This document shows positions 37,821 through 47,672 of a stretch of DNA of 64,000 nt, in pieces; positions within the stretch are counted from its first letter, which is position 1; every line of letters begins with the position of its first letter. A model generated the notes under the pieces. The model ran no database searches, had not been told where the DNA came from, and saw only the letters and a program-made list of their open reading frames with translations. The DNA comes from an uncultured Gemmatimonadaceae bacterium (lineage in GTDB: Bacteria; Gemmatimonadota; Gemmatimonadetes; Gemmatimonadales; Gemmatimonadaceae), in contig CAVXGK010000001.1 of NCBI GenBank assembly GCA_963761305.1, positions 1,312,001 to 1,376,000 on the forward strand, in the 5' to 3' direction. A program made the position numbers and the translations under genes.

Positions 37821-39551
37821 ATGGTCCGAGCCCGCCGCCGATCGTCGATCCGCGCGATTGCCCCGTGCGTCTTGCTCTTCGTCGCAACGGGCGTTTCCGC
37901 TCAACAAGCTTCCGAGTCGCAGCCGGTCACGTCGCGCGACGGGATGGTCATCACGACCTCGGCGCCAGCGTCCGACGTGGGGGCCGCGATCCTCAAGAAG
38001 GGTGGAAACGCCGTCGATGCCGCCGTCGCGACGGCGTTCGCGCTCGCGGTGACACACCCGAGCGCGGGCAACATCGGCGGCGGCGGCTTCATGGTCGTTC
38101 GCCTCGCGGACGGCACCGCGACGACGATCGACTACCGCGAACGCGCGCCGCTTCGCTCCACGAAGACGATGTACCTCGATTCGACAGGCAAGATTGCGCG
38201 CCAGCTCACGGCCACCGGGTATCTCGCGCCGGGCGTACCCGGCACGGTGCGCGGCCTCGCGCTCGCTCACGGCAAGTTCGGCAAGCTGGCGTGGAAAGAC
38301 GACGTGATGCCGGCCGTCGAGCTCGCCGAAAAGGGATTCGTCCTCTCGACGGCGCTCGCCCGTTCGCTGAATCGTGAAGTCGCGGGCGCCATGGCGAAGT
38401 ATCCGGCGTCGGTCGCGGCATATGGCAAGCCCGGCGGCGGCGAGTGGGCGGCCGGTGACACGCTGGTGTTGCGCGATCTCGGTCGCACGCTCCGCGCGAT
38501 CGCCACGAAGGGACCGAACGCTTTCTACACCGGATGGATCGCCGACAGCATCGCCGCGTCGATGGCGAAGAACGGCGGTCTCATCTCCAAGCGCGATCTC
38601 GCCGAGTATCAGGCGAAGAGTCGCGCGCCGATTCGCGGCACGTATCGCGGCTACGAGTTGATCTCGATGCCGCCGCCGACCAGCGGCGGCGTGACGATGA
38701 TCGAGATGCTCAACATTCTCGAGCAGTTCGATCTGTCGAAGCTCGGCGACATGTCGCCCGCCGCGTTGCATCTCGAGATCGAAGCGATGCGGCGCGGCTA
38801 CCTCGATCGCGCGCGCTACCTCGGCGATCCCGCCTTCGTGAAGATGCCGATCGCCAAGCTCACGTCGAAGAGCTACGCCAAGACACTCGCCTCGTCGATC
38901 GACCTCTCGCACGCGACGAACAGCGCCGAGCTCGGACGCGACATCGTCACGCAGATCGCGTCGACCGAGGAAGACGAGACCACCCAATTCTCGATCGTCG
39001 ACCGCACGGGGAACGCGGTGTCGAACACGTTCACGCTCGAAGGCGGCTTCGGCTCGCACGTCGTGGTCGACGGCGCGGGGTTCATCCTCAACAACGAGAT
39101 GGGCGACTTCAACAAGAAGCCGGGCGAGACGAATCTGACGGGCGACATCGGCACGCCGGCGAATCAGATCGCGCCGGGCAAGCGCATGCTCAGCTCGATG
39201 AGCCCGACCATCATCACGAAGAACGGAAAGCTCTTCATGGTGACCGGATCGCCGGGCGGCCGCACGATCATCAACACGGTGATGGAGATCGTGCTCGGGG
39301 TGATCGACTTCGGGCTCGACGCACGGCAAGCGGTGGATGCATCGAGGTTCCACCACCAGTGGCTGCCCGATGAGGTGACGTTCGAGCGCAACGCGGTCCC
39401 CGATTCGGTGGCCGCCCGGTTGCGCGCAATGGGGCACGACGTCCGCTTTGGCGGCCTGCAGGGGGACGGGCACACGATCGTCGTCCGGGACGGGGTCGCC
39501 AGCGGCGCGAACGATCATCGGAGCCCCGACTCGAAGGTCGGCATCCCCTGA
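37821..39551 (+). CDS. ggt: Gamma-glutamyltransferase
   Basis: GGNAVDAAVA, GGGGFM, DYRERAP, catalytic ETTQFSIVD, NNEMGDF, LSSMSPT, GSPGG. Confidence 0.95.
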   Translation: MVRARRRSSIRAIAPCVLLFVATGVSAQQASESQPVTSRDGMVITTSAPASDVGAAILKKGGNAVDAAVATAFALAVTHPSAGNIGGGGFMVVRLADGTATTIDYRERAPLRSTKTMYLDSTGKIARQLTATGYLAPGVPGTVRGLALAHGKFGKLAWKDDVMPAVELAEKGFVLSTALARSLNREVAGAMAKYPASVAAYGKPGGGEWAAGDTLVLRDLGRTLRAIATKGPNAFYTGWIADSIAASMAKNGGLISKRDLAEYQAKSRAPIRGTYRGYELISMPPPTSGGVTMIEMLNILEQFDLSKLGDMSPAALHLEIEAMRRGYLDRARYLGDPAFVKMPIAKLTSKSYAKTLASSIDLSHATNSAELGRDIVTQIASTEEDETTQFSIVDRTGNAVSNTFTLEGGFGSHVVVDGAGFILNNEMGDFNKKPGETNLTGDIGTPANQIAPGKRMLSSMSPTIITKNGKLFMVTGSPGGRTIINTVMEIVLGVIDFGLDARQAVDASRFHHQWLPDEVTFERNAVPDSVAARLRAMGHDVRFGGLQGDGHTIVVRDGVASGANDHRSPDSKVGIP

Positions 39552-39588
39552 TGTAACTTTGGTTCAACCGCGGCCAGATCGGAGCGAC

Positions 39589-40017
39589 ATGGCACGTCAG
39601 CCACGAAAAGGACGAGGTGGGGGAGCCGGAGGGGGAGGCGGCGGTGCCGCCGGTCGGGCGCCGAGGAAGACCCGAGGAAAGGTCCGGACCTCCGACTATT
39701 TCACGCAGCCCGGCAAGCGCGGCGCCGTTGTGGTGTTGCGCAAACCCATAGGAAATCGCGCCACGGCAAAGGTTTGCGGCGTGATGCCGAGCCGCGTCCA
39801 CGCCAAGATGCTGATCAACGCGCTCGAGCGCGCCGAGTCGGTCGTGAAGGATCTGTTCATGGAGGCGACCGACGACGGCATCGAGGCACTCGAAGCCGTG
39901 CTGGCGGCGTGTTGCCGCGAGGTCCTCGAGAAGGGTCCCAAGGTCGCCCCCGTCCCGGAGAATTACGTCGAGCCGCCTTCGGAAGACGACGAGGCCGCTG
40001 GATTGGACGCGGAGTAA
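39589..40017 (+). CDS. Hypothetical protein with basic Gly/Arg/Lys N-tail and acidic C-tail
   Basis: GGAG RBS; MARQPRKGRGGGAGG...; ends EDDEAAGLDAE. Confidence 0.75.
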   Translation: MARQPRKGRGGGAGGGGGGAAGRAPRKTRGKVRTSDYFTQPGKRGAVVVLRKPIGNRATAKVCGVMPSRVHAKMLINALERAESVVKDLFMEATDDGIEALEAVLAACCREVLEKGPKVAPVPENYVEPPSEDDEAAGLDAE

Positions 40018-40038
40018 GCGCGGGCGTCCGAGCGCGCG

Positions 40039-41052
40039 CTACTTCTTGCGCGGAGCGTAGCCGGCGAAATGGCCGGTGTGGTGCCAGGTGGAGGTCTGTG
40101 AGTAGTCCTCCGGCTCGGCCGGTTCCGTCTCGCTCAGCTTGCGAACGTCGATGCTGACGATGCCATGCTCGTCGACGTCGTTGTAGATGTTGACGAATCG
40201 TTCGCCGACGACGATTTCCTCGGGCTTGTACGACGAGCGCGCGTGCACCGTCTGCGAGAACGTTTCGTCGATCCCGGCAAGCAGAATCATGAACTCGGCG
40301 TCCTTGTTCACGAAGTCGGCGTGCGTGTAGCCGCGCATCGGACTTTTTTCGTCAATCGGATGCACGACGGTCCAGCTCAGCGGGAAGAACGTCACGCGTG
40401 AACGCTCGAGCTTGAGCTCGTCGTACTTTCGCACCGAGCCCTCGATGCGGCTGAACAGCACCTTCGCTTCGATCTCGACGATCTGGTTGCTGCGGCCGTT
40501 GGTGACCCGGAACATGAAGGCCGTGATGCCGCGGTACGGCGCGATGACGCTGCGCGAGCTGAACACGATCGCGGCTGTCGGCCGTGAGAATCGCGCGAAC
40601 AAGAGTCCGGTGCCCAGCGCGAAGACCAGCAGGCCGATGAGCGCTTCGACGGTCATGACGAGATGGGGCGCCACGCCGTTCGGGACGATGTTGCCGTAGC
40701 CGATGGTCGACAGCGTCTCGACGCTGAAGAAGAATGCGCGCCCGAACGGCCCGCCGGTCTGGCTGCTGGGAATGCCGTCGAGGGCCCCCGTTCCACAGGC
40801 GAGATAGGCGAACGCGAAGAGCGTGTTGGCGACGAAATAGCCGACGGTGATGATCGCGAGAAACTTCGGCCAGCTGATCGTGAGCAGGAAATGGTAGGGC
40901 GCGAGCGACGTGAGGAGCGGCACGCCGCGACGGCGCGGATTGAACGTGCCGTCGCGGTTGAGGAGCCGTTTCTCGTTCGCGCCACCGATGACCGAGCCGA
41001 ACCCAAGATCTTTGGGCTCTTCGATGTCGAGGCGCGGCGGGGCGGCGGTCAC
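40039..41052 (-). CDS. Inward-rectifier potassium channel (KirBac)
   Basis: FFFSVETLSTIGYG filter, FARFSRP, FPLSWTVVHPIDEKSP; GTGA overlap with upstream gene. Confidence 0.93.
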   Translation of the reverse strand: MTAAPPRLDIEEPKDLGFGSVIGGANEKRLLNRDGTFNPRRRGVPLLTSLAPYHFLLTISWPKFLAIITVGYFVANTLFAFAYLACGTGALDGIPSSQTGGPFGRAFFFSVETLSTIGYGNIVPNGVAPHLVMTVEALIGLLVFALGTGLLFARFSRPTAAIVFSSRSVIAPYRGITAFMFRVTNGRSNQIVEIEAKVLFSRIEGSVRKYDELKLERSRVTFFPLSWTVVHPIDEKSPMRGYTHADFVNKDAEFMILLAGIDETFSQTVHARSSYKPEEIVVGERFVNIYNDVDEHGIVSIDVRKLSETEPAEPEDYSQTSTWHHTGHFAGYAPRKK

Positions 41053-44000
41053 GGAACGATCGACCCCGACTGTTGCGCCTTTAGAGATTGCCAATACTCG
41101 TCCATCTTGATGCGCGGAATGCCCTTGGTCATCCAGTCGGGCGCGGCGGTGCCCTTGAGGTAGTGGTCGAACCAGTCCTTCTGGCGCATGGCGTAGTCCT
41201 TCATGTTGATCGGCCGCGCGAGCCCGTGGTTTTCCCCGACGTACTCGAGCAGAATCACGTCCTTCTTGAGCTGCGCCAGCGTGTTGTAGTACGTGATTCC
41301 CTGGTTGAAGTCCACCGCGCCGTCCTTGTCGTCGGCGAGGATGATGAGCGGCGTCTTCACGTTTTGCGCGTGGAAGACCGGCGAGTTCCGCACGTACGCC
41401 TCGTAATTCTCGGCGACGTTGCCCTTGAAGCGACCCTGGCTGTCCTCGAAGATCGAGGCGTCAGAGTTGCCGGTGTTCCAGTACACGGACGCGTACATGC
41501 TCACCATGTTGGTGAGCGGCGCGCCGGCGATCGCCGCCTTGAAGATGTTCGTCTGCGTGACGAGGAAGGCGGTCTGATAGCCGCCCCACGAGTGGCCCCA
41601 CAGCCCGACGTTGGCCGAGTCGATCATGCCCGTGCCGATCGCCGCCTTCACGGCGGGAATCACGCACCACACCGCCGACATGCCGGGATCGTTGATCTTG
41701 TAGACGATGTCGGGGTCGAGCACGGCGTACCCGCGGCTCGTGTACAGGCTGCGGTTCGGCGTGCTCGTCTCACTCGGCGAGACGAACGTGTTGGCGAGGT
41801 TCGAGCGCTTCTCGTAGATCGTCACGAGCAGCGGATACTTCTTGCCCGGCTCGTAGTTCGCCGGCAGGTAGAGCGCGCCCTGCAGCTTGTCGCCCTTGGC
41901 GCTCGTGTAGTTGATGAGACGCACGCCGCTCGTCCAGGCAAACTCCTTCTGCTGCGGATTCGCGTCGGTGAGCTGGCGGCCATCCTTGAAATCGGTTCCG
42001 GCGACGTAGTAGTTCGGGAAATCACGCGACGACTGCTTGGTGTAGACGTACACGTCCGCGTCACGCGCTTTCTGGAAATCGAAGCTGGCGTCGTCCCAGA
42101 CGAGGGACTTCGCGCCCGGCGTACCCGGATCGACGCGCGAGAGGCCGGCCTTCTTCGTCCACTCGCCGTACGTGCCGACGTAGAGGGGTTGAGTAAGATC
42201 GATTCCGAGGCTCGCGCCGCCACCACCACCACGGCCGCCGCGGCCTCCGCGCCCGCCACCCGCGGTGACGCCGCGCTCGAACGGGTAGACCCGGTTGTAG
42301 CGGATCTGATCGCGCTTGCCGTTCACCGTGATGTTCACCGCCGTGCCGGTGCCGGTCGTCGGCACTTTCCAGATGTCCCAGCCGTCGGACAGCAGCACCG
42401 ACGCGCCATCACGCGTCCAACCGAACGGCGCGCGCGGCGGCGGCACGAGGTAATTGTGGTCGTCGTCGGTGTTGGAGAAGTTGACGGCGGTCGCCTTGGT
42501 GATGTTCCGCTTGGCGCCGGTCGCCAAGTCGAGCACCCAATAGTTGCCGTCGTCGCCCCAGTAGAGCTCTTCCTTTCCGTTCGGCGACGAAACGCGAACT
42601 CCCGGGCGGTGCTTCTTGAGCACCAGGTCGCGCTTGCCCGTGCGCAGGTCGACCGTGTAGTCGTCCTCGTACACGCGGCCGGTGTACGCCGACGGCTGCT
42701 CGTAGTCGCGGTTGTCCGTGCCGATCGCGAAGTGGTCGTGCGGCGACACCGTGACGCTGCGCAGCGCTTCGTCGGCCAACTGAACGAACTTGTCGTCGGC
42801 GAGCCGGTACTCGGCCAGGAACGTGAACGCGCGATCCTGCGTTTCTTGCACGATCTGCTGCGATTGGAGACGGGGATCTTTCTCGTTCCAGATGATGAGC
42901 GACGGATTCTCCTCCGTCGCCTCGTTCACGCGCGGCTGGTTGATGGTGCCGCCCATTCCCGGAGCACCGGCCTGGATCACGCCGCTTCCCCGTCCGGCGA
43001 GCAAGCGATCCGCCGCCTTCTTTCCTTCGCGAATCCCGAAATAGACGGCCGAGAGATCTTCGGCCAAACGCGGCGCACGTTCCACGGCGATCGCCATGTC
43101 TTTCGGGAAATCGGTGTGCTGCGTCGCGTCGAACACCATCTTCCTCGGCGCCGGCGCGGAGACGCTCGTGAACGCGACGACTGAGTAGTTCGTATCGCGC
43201 CCGGTGGAATCGACGCGGCCGCGGAGCACGGCGAGCGCGTCGACGCTGTCCGCCCACACAAGGTGGCGATACAGCGAGCGGTCTGAATCGATCGCACGCA
43301 CGACGTCCGTCTTCATGTTGCGCAGCTGGACGCCGTTTCCGATCTGGTCGCGCGCGTCGATCGTGTACGCCAGCCAATCACCCGTGTCGTCGAACCCGAA
43401 CTCGGCGACGTTGCCGACGTTCACCGCTTCACCGCTCGCCAGGTTGTAGAGCAGAAGATCGGTACCCTCGGCGCGGCCGGCAGCCGCGGCGCCGCCCGCT
43501 CCTCCGCCGCCGCGTGCACCCGTCGCCGGCGCGGTGCCCGTCGTCGCGGCGGGTGTTTCCGCCGGGGCTTGAATCGCGAGCCACGTTGGCTTGTCGCCGT
43601 CGAACGCGTACCGGCGCACGCGATCGAATTCTTTCTTCTCGCCTGTGGCCAGATTCACGACTGCGAGCTTGTTCTGCGGCGCCGGCGTTTGCGTCGCCGC
43701 GTCCGTCGTTGGGGCGCCGCCGCCTCTGCCACCGCGGCCCGCCCCACCGGCGCGGCCACCGCGACCCGTGGTCGACGGCGGATAGACCATGAACGCGACC
43801 CAACGCGAGTCGGCGCTGATCGAGAGCGGTCCACCGCCGGCATCGGGTGCGGGGCCACCACGGCCACCCCCACCGCCGCCTCGACCGCCGGCGTCGGAGC
43901 TACCGATCGGGAATTTCCATTCCTTGTTGTCGGCGCCCGTCGAACGGATGATCACATTCGCGTCGCCTTCATTGGGGGCGAGCACGTACGCGAACCACTT

Positions 44001-44168
44001 GCCGTCGTTGGACAGCACGGACTGGCGAATGGTCTTCCAGGCCTTGAGGTCCGCCGGCTGCAGTTGCTTGGTCGGACCCGCGGCAGGCGCGGATGCAGGT
44101 GCTGTTTGCTGGGCCGCGGCGAGCGACGCGCCACCCAGCGACAGGGCGAGAACGGTAGCGAAACGCAT
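41049..44168 (-). CDS. Large secreted S9 family peptidase
   Basis: Signal peptide; GHSWGG nucleophile; DGAVD; GENHGL. Confidence 0.93.
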   Translation of the reverse strand: MRFATVLALSLGGASLAAAQQTAPASAPAAGPTKQLQPADLKAWKTIRQSVLSNDGKWFAYVLAPNEGDANVIIRSTGADNKEWKFPIGSSDAGGRGGGGGGRGGPAPDAGGGPLSISADSRWVAFMVYPPSTTGRGGRAGGAGRGGRGGGAPTTDAATQTPAPQNKLAVVNLATGEKKEFDRVRRYAFDGDKPTWLAIQAPAETPAATTGTAPATGARGGGGAGGAAAAGRAEGTDLLLYNLASGEAVNVGNVAEFGFDDTGDWLAYTIDARDQIGNGVQLRNMKTDVVRAIDSDRSLYRHLVWADSVDALAVLRGRVDSTGRDTNYSVVAFTSVSAPAPRKMVFDATQHTDFPKDMAIAVERAPRLAEDLSAVYFGIREGKKAADRLLAGRGSGVIQAGAPGMGGTINQPRVNEATEENPSLIIWNEKDPRLQSQQIVQETQDRAFTFLAEYRLADDKFVQLADEALRSVTVSPHDHFAIGTDNRDYEQPSAYTGRVYEDDYTVDLRTGKRDLVLKKHRPGVRVSSPNGKEELYWGDDGNYWVLDLATGAKRNITKATAVNFSNTDDDHNYLVPPPRAPFGWTRDGASVLLSDGWDIWKVPTTGTGTAVNITVNGKRDQIRYNRVYPFERGVTAGGGRGGRGGRGGGGGASLGIDLTQPLYVGTYGEWTKKAGLSRVDPGTPGAKSLVWDDASFDFQKARDADVYVYTKQSSRDFPNYYVAGTDFKDGRQLTDANPQQKEFAWTSGVRLINYTSAKGDKLQGALYLPANYEPGKKYPLLVTIYEKRSNLANTFVSPSETSTPNRSLYTSRGYAVLDPDIVYKINDPGMSAVWCVIPAVKAAIGTGMIDSANVGLWGHSWGGYQTAFLVTQTNIFKAAIAGAPLTNMVSMYASVYWNTGNSDASIFEDSQGRFKGNVAENYEAYVRNSPVFHAQNVKTPLIILADDKDGAVDFNQGITYYNTLAQLKKDVILLEYVGENHGLARPINMKDYAMRQKDWFDHYLKGTAAPDWMTKGIPRIKMDEYWQSLKAQQSGSIVP

Positions 44169-44220
44169 AAGGACTCCGGGGAGAGTCGGGTCGAAAGAAG
44201 CTACGGGTAGGGCCGGGACA

Positions 44221-44249
44221 TTGCCAACTACATCCGCTACGGATATAGT
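44221..44249 (+). promoter_or_regulatory. Sigma70 promoter with palindromic operator in the spacer (leaderless padR)
   Basis: TTGCCA-N17-TATAGT, ATG 6 nt downstream; palindrome TACATCCG-CTA-CGGATATA. Confidence 0.7.
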
Positions 44250-44255
44250 GTGGCC

Positions 44256-44615
44256 ATGAACCGACGAGAGAACGTCGCGCAGACGCCGCTGACTCCCGCC
44301 GTGCTCCACATCCTCCTCGCCCTGGCCGAGGGCGAGCGGCATGGGTACGCGATCGCGCAGGAGATCGAGGAGGTGACGGACGGCGACGTACGCATGGGGC
44401 CGGGTACGCTCTACGGGTCCATTCGCCGCATGCTCGTCGCCGGACTCATCGACGAAGCGCCGCGGCGAAAGCGTCCCGACGACGACGAACGGCGTCGCTA
44501 CTACCGATTGACCGCCGTCGGCCGCCGTTTGCTCGAGGCCGAGCTGTCGAGGCTGACGCGGGTCGTCCGAGTGGCGCGCGGCAAACGGCTGTTGCGCGAT
44601 CCGGGGGTCGCGTGA
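44256..44615 (+). CDS. PadR family transcriptional regulator
   Basis: ILLAL..GERHGYAI...GPGTLYGSI.RM...RRRYYRLT. Confidence 0.95.
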   Translation: MNRRENVAQTPLTPAVLHILLALAEGERHGYAIAQEIEEVTDGDVRMGPGTLYGSIRRMLVAGLIDEAPRRKRPDDDERRRYYRLTAVGRRLLEAELSRLTRVVRVARGKRLLRDPGVA

Positions 44616-47269
44616 GCCGACCGTCGTACGTCGAACGCATTTATCGCGGTGCGCTGGAATTCCTCCCCATCGACTTCCGCGAGCGCTTCGGCGAGGAGAT
44701 GGTCGAGCTGGCCGCCGAACGCCTTCGCGCCGCTCGCCGTTCGGGGATGCTGGCGTACGGGCGAGAGGCCCTGACCCTCCTCACCGATCTCGCGGCGACG
44801 ATTCCGCGCGAGCGGTTCGCCGAACGAACCGTGGATCCCCACGCACGACCCGAGGACACCATGGACATCCTCTTTCAAGATCTTCGATTCGCGGCCCGCG
44901 GCCTGATGCGGCGGCCGGCGTTCGCCGTCGTCGCGGCGGCCACGATCGCGCTCGGCATCGGCGCCAACGCGGCCATCTTTTCGGTCGTCGACGCGGTGCT
45001 CATTCGCCCGCTGCCGTACGACCAACCCGATCGCCTCACGCTCGTTTGGGGAACGCAGGGCGCGCAGCCGAACCAGGGCGTCGTCTACGCGGACTACGTC
45101 GATTGGCGGCGACTCAACCACACGTTCGCCGACCTCGGCGCGTTCCGCGGCCAGAGCGTGAACCTCACGGGGAGCGACACGCCCGATCGTCTCGTCGGCG
45201 CGTTCGTCGACGCGGGCTTCCTGCGCGCCGTCGGCGCCAAGCTCGAGCGCGGGCGGCTGTTCTCGGAGACGGAGACCGAGGTCGCGACCAAGTCGCCGGC
45301 GGTCATCATCTCGCACGAGACGTGGGTGACGCGATTTGGATCCGATCCCGCGATGCTCGGCAAGCCGCTCACGATCAACGGCACCATGTTCACCGTCGTC
45401 GGCATCACTGTACCCAACATGCCGATGCCTCTCTTCGCACCCGGCCCAGACGTGTTGATGCCGATCGGATACTACCCCAACGCGCACGGGCTCGATCGCG
45501 GCACGCGCGGCATCAGCGTCGCCGGGCGGCTCAAGCCGGGCATCACCGTCGCCGCGGCGGATCTCGATCTCAAGGCGATCGAGCACCAGTTGGCCGCCGC
45601 GTATCCGACGAGCAACGCCGGCACGAGCGCCGACGTCTTCGCGCTCAAGGAGTTCGGCGTCGCACAATCGCGGCCGCGTCTCCTGCTCATGCTCGTGGCC
45701 GCGCTGGTCGTGCTGCTCATCGCCTGCGCGAACGTCGCCAACCTGCAGCTCGCGCGTGGCGCGTCGAGAACGCGCGAGATGTCGGTGCGTGCGGCGCTCG
45801 GCGCCGGACGATCGCGCATGGCGCGTCAACTGTTGACCGAGAGCGTCGTACTGTCGCTCGTCGGTGGCGCACTCGGCCTGGCCGTCGCTTTCGGCCTCAC
45901 CAAAATTCTCGTCTCGTTGATCGGCTCGCAGCTGCCGATCGACCAGCGCACCATTTCCGTCGACGCGCGAGTCGTGGTCTTCGCGCTGGCCGTCTCGTTC
46001 GCCTGCGGCATTTTGTTCGGCCTCGTGCCGGCGTGGAAAGCGTCGCGCACCGATCTCACCGGCATGTTGCGCTCGCGCATTTCCGCCGGGCTGGGTCACG
46101 TGTCCACGCGCAACGCGCTGGTCGTCGTGCAGCTCGCGCTGTCGCTCGCGCTGCTCGCGTCGGCCGGACTGCTCACGCGTTCGCTGCTCGCGCTGCAACG
46201 CGTGAATCCCGGCTTCGACGGCGACCGACTGCTCACCGCGCAGTTCCGCCTGCCCGCCGGCAAATACGACACGCCGGAAAAGATCTGGACGATGTTCGAT
46301 CGCACGGTGCACGAACTGCGATCGCTGCCCGGCGTCGAATCGGCGGCGCTCGTCCGCGCGTCGCCGCTGAGCGGCAACGGCGAGATCTATCCCGCCGCCA
46401 TCGAAGGCCGCACGCAAGTCGCGGCAAGCGAAGCGCAGCAGGTGCAGGTGAACAGCGTCACGACGGACTATTTCGGCACGATGCGCATCCCGGTGCTCGC
46501 CGGACGCGACGTCGCGGAGGCAGATCGCGCCGGCGCGCTGCCGGTCGTGGTCGTGAACAAGGCGTTCGCCCAACAGACGTGGCCTGGCCAGTCGGCGATC
46601 GGCAAGCGCGTGAAGCTCGGCGACGACCACTGGCGAACGATTGTCGGCGTCGTCGCCGACGCGCGTCAGTACACGCTCGACGAGACGCCGCTGCTGCAAG
46701 CCTACATTCCCCACGCGCAGCGCCCCCAGATCTTCACGAGCATCGTCGTGCGCACGAAAGGCGATCCGCACGCGGCGACGGCATCGGTGCGTCAGGCACT
46801 GTGGCGCGTGGACAAGGATCAGCCGATCTGGCGATTCCGTTCGATGGAAGAGGATCTCGCCGCTGTGACGACCTCACCGCGCGTGATGATGTGGCTCATG
46901 GGGATCTTCTCGCTCGTCGCGGTGCTGGTCGCCGTGGTCGGGATCTACGGCGTGCTGAGCTACACGATGAGCCAGCGCACGCAAGAGATCGGCATTCGCA
47001 TCGCGCTCGGCGCCGACGCGCGACGGGTACGGCGGATGGTGGTGGCCGAGGGCGCGCGGCTTGTCGGCGTCGCGGTGGCGATCGGGCTGGTCGGGTCGTT
47101 GGCGGCGACGCGGCTCTTGAGAAGCCAGCTGTTCGGCGTCGAGCCGCACGACGCGGTCACGTTCGTGGCCGTGACCGCGATGCTGGGGGGCGTGGCGATT
47201 CTGGCGTGCTACATCCCGGCGCGACGGGCGAGTCGGGTGGATCCGATGGACGCGCTTCGGACGGACTAG
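44612..47269 (+). CDS. ADOP-type ABC transporter permease
   Basis: QDLRFAAR, ALGIGANAAIFSVV, LIACANVANL, RTQEIGIRIALGA, PARRASRVDP. Confidence 0.93.
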   Translation: MSRPSYVERIYRGALEFLPIDFRERFGEEMVELAAERLRAARRSGMLAYGREALTLLTDLAATIPRERFAERTVDPHARPEDTMDILFQDLRFAARGLMRRPAFAVVAAATIALGIGANAAIFSVVDAVLIRPLPYDQPDRLTLVWGTQGAQPNQGVVYADYVDWRRLNHTFADLGAFRGQSVNLTGSDTPDRLVGAFVDAGFLRAVGAKLERGRLFSETETEVATKSPAVIISHETWVTRFGSDPAMLGKPLTINGTMFTVVGITVPNMPMPLFAPGPDVLMPIGYYPNAHGLDRGTRGISVAGRLKPGITVAAADLDLKAIEHQLAAAYPTSNAGTSADVFALKEFGVAQSRPRLLLMLVAALVVLLIACANVANLQLARGASRTREMSVRAALGAGRSRMARQLLTESVVLSLVGGALGLAVAFGLTKILVSLIGSQLPIDQRTISVDARVVVFALAVSFACGILFGLVPAWKASRTDLTGMLRSRISAGLGHVSTRNALVVVQLALSLALLASAGLLTRSLLALQRVNPGFDGDRLLTAQFRLPAGKYDTPEKIWTMFDRTVHELRSLPGVESAALVRASPLSGNGEIYPAAIEGRTQVAASEAQQVQVNSVTTDYFGTMRIPVLAGRDVAEADRAGALPVVVVNKAFAQQTWPGQSAIGKRVKLGDDHWRTIVGVVADARQYTLDETPLLQAYIPHAQRPQIFTSIVVRTKGDPHAATASVRQALWRVDKDQPIWRFRSMEEDLAAVTTSPRVMMWLMGIFSLVAVLVAVVGIYGVLSYTMSQRTQEIGIRIALGADARRVRRMVVAEGARLVGVAVAIGLVGSLAATRLLRSQLFGVEPHDAVTFVAVTAMLGGVAILACYIPARRASRVDPMDALRTD

Positions 47270-47273
47270 TCGC

Positions 47274-47658
47274 GAATGGTCATCGTTAGCGTTTGCACCG
47301 CAGCACCAGCTTCTACGACAAAGGAACAGAAACGGATTCGGCGGATTGGACGGAATTCCGCGGCTACAATTTTACGGTTTATCCGCGGAATTCCGTGAAG
47401 TCCGCGAAAATCCGCGTTTCCTTTGTCATCGAGCCCGAACGGGTCGGCGTAGAGCTCACGCTTCGTGAGCAGCGGGAGGGCGAGGGGAATGGTCCTCGTT
47501 AGCGTTTGTACTGCAGCACCGCCATCTACGACAGAGGAAAAGAAACGGATTTCGCGGATTGGGCGGAATTCCGCTGCTACAACTTTACGGTTTATCCGCG
47601 GAATTCCGTGAAATCCGCGAAAATCCGCATTCCCTTTTTCATCGAACCCGAACGGGTC
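47274..47658. repeat. Two diverged tandem copies of a ~172-bp palindromic element (213-bp period)
   Basis: 47274-47445 and 47487-47658 align colinearly; each has ACGGATT..GCGGATT..CGGAATTCCG and TCCGCGGAATTCCGTG..TCCGCGAAAATCCGC arms. Confidence 0.9.
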
Positions 47659-47672
47659 CGGGGGGGCCAAGG

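Noticed and set aside
37632..39518. N-terminal ~630 aa of the 1030-aa minus-strand ORF
   Set aside because: Antisense shadow of ggt. The real gene starts at the Tat signal (GTG 37631).
47274..47658. Possible CRISPR array
   Set aside because: Only two long diverged units, no short identical repeats with unique spacers, and no cas genes.
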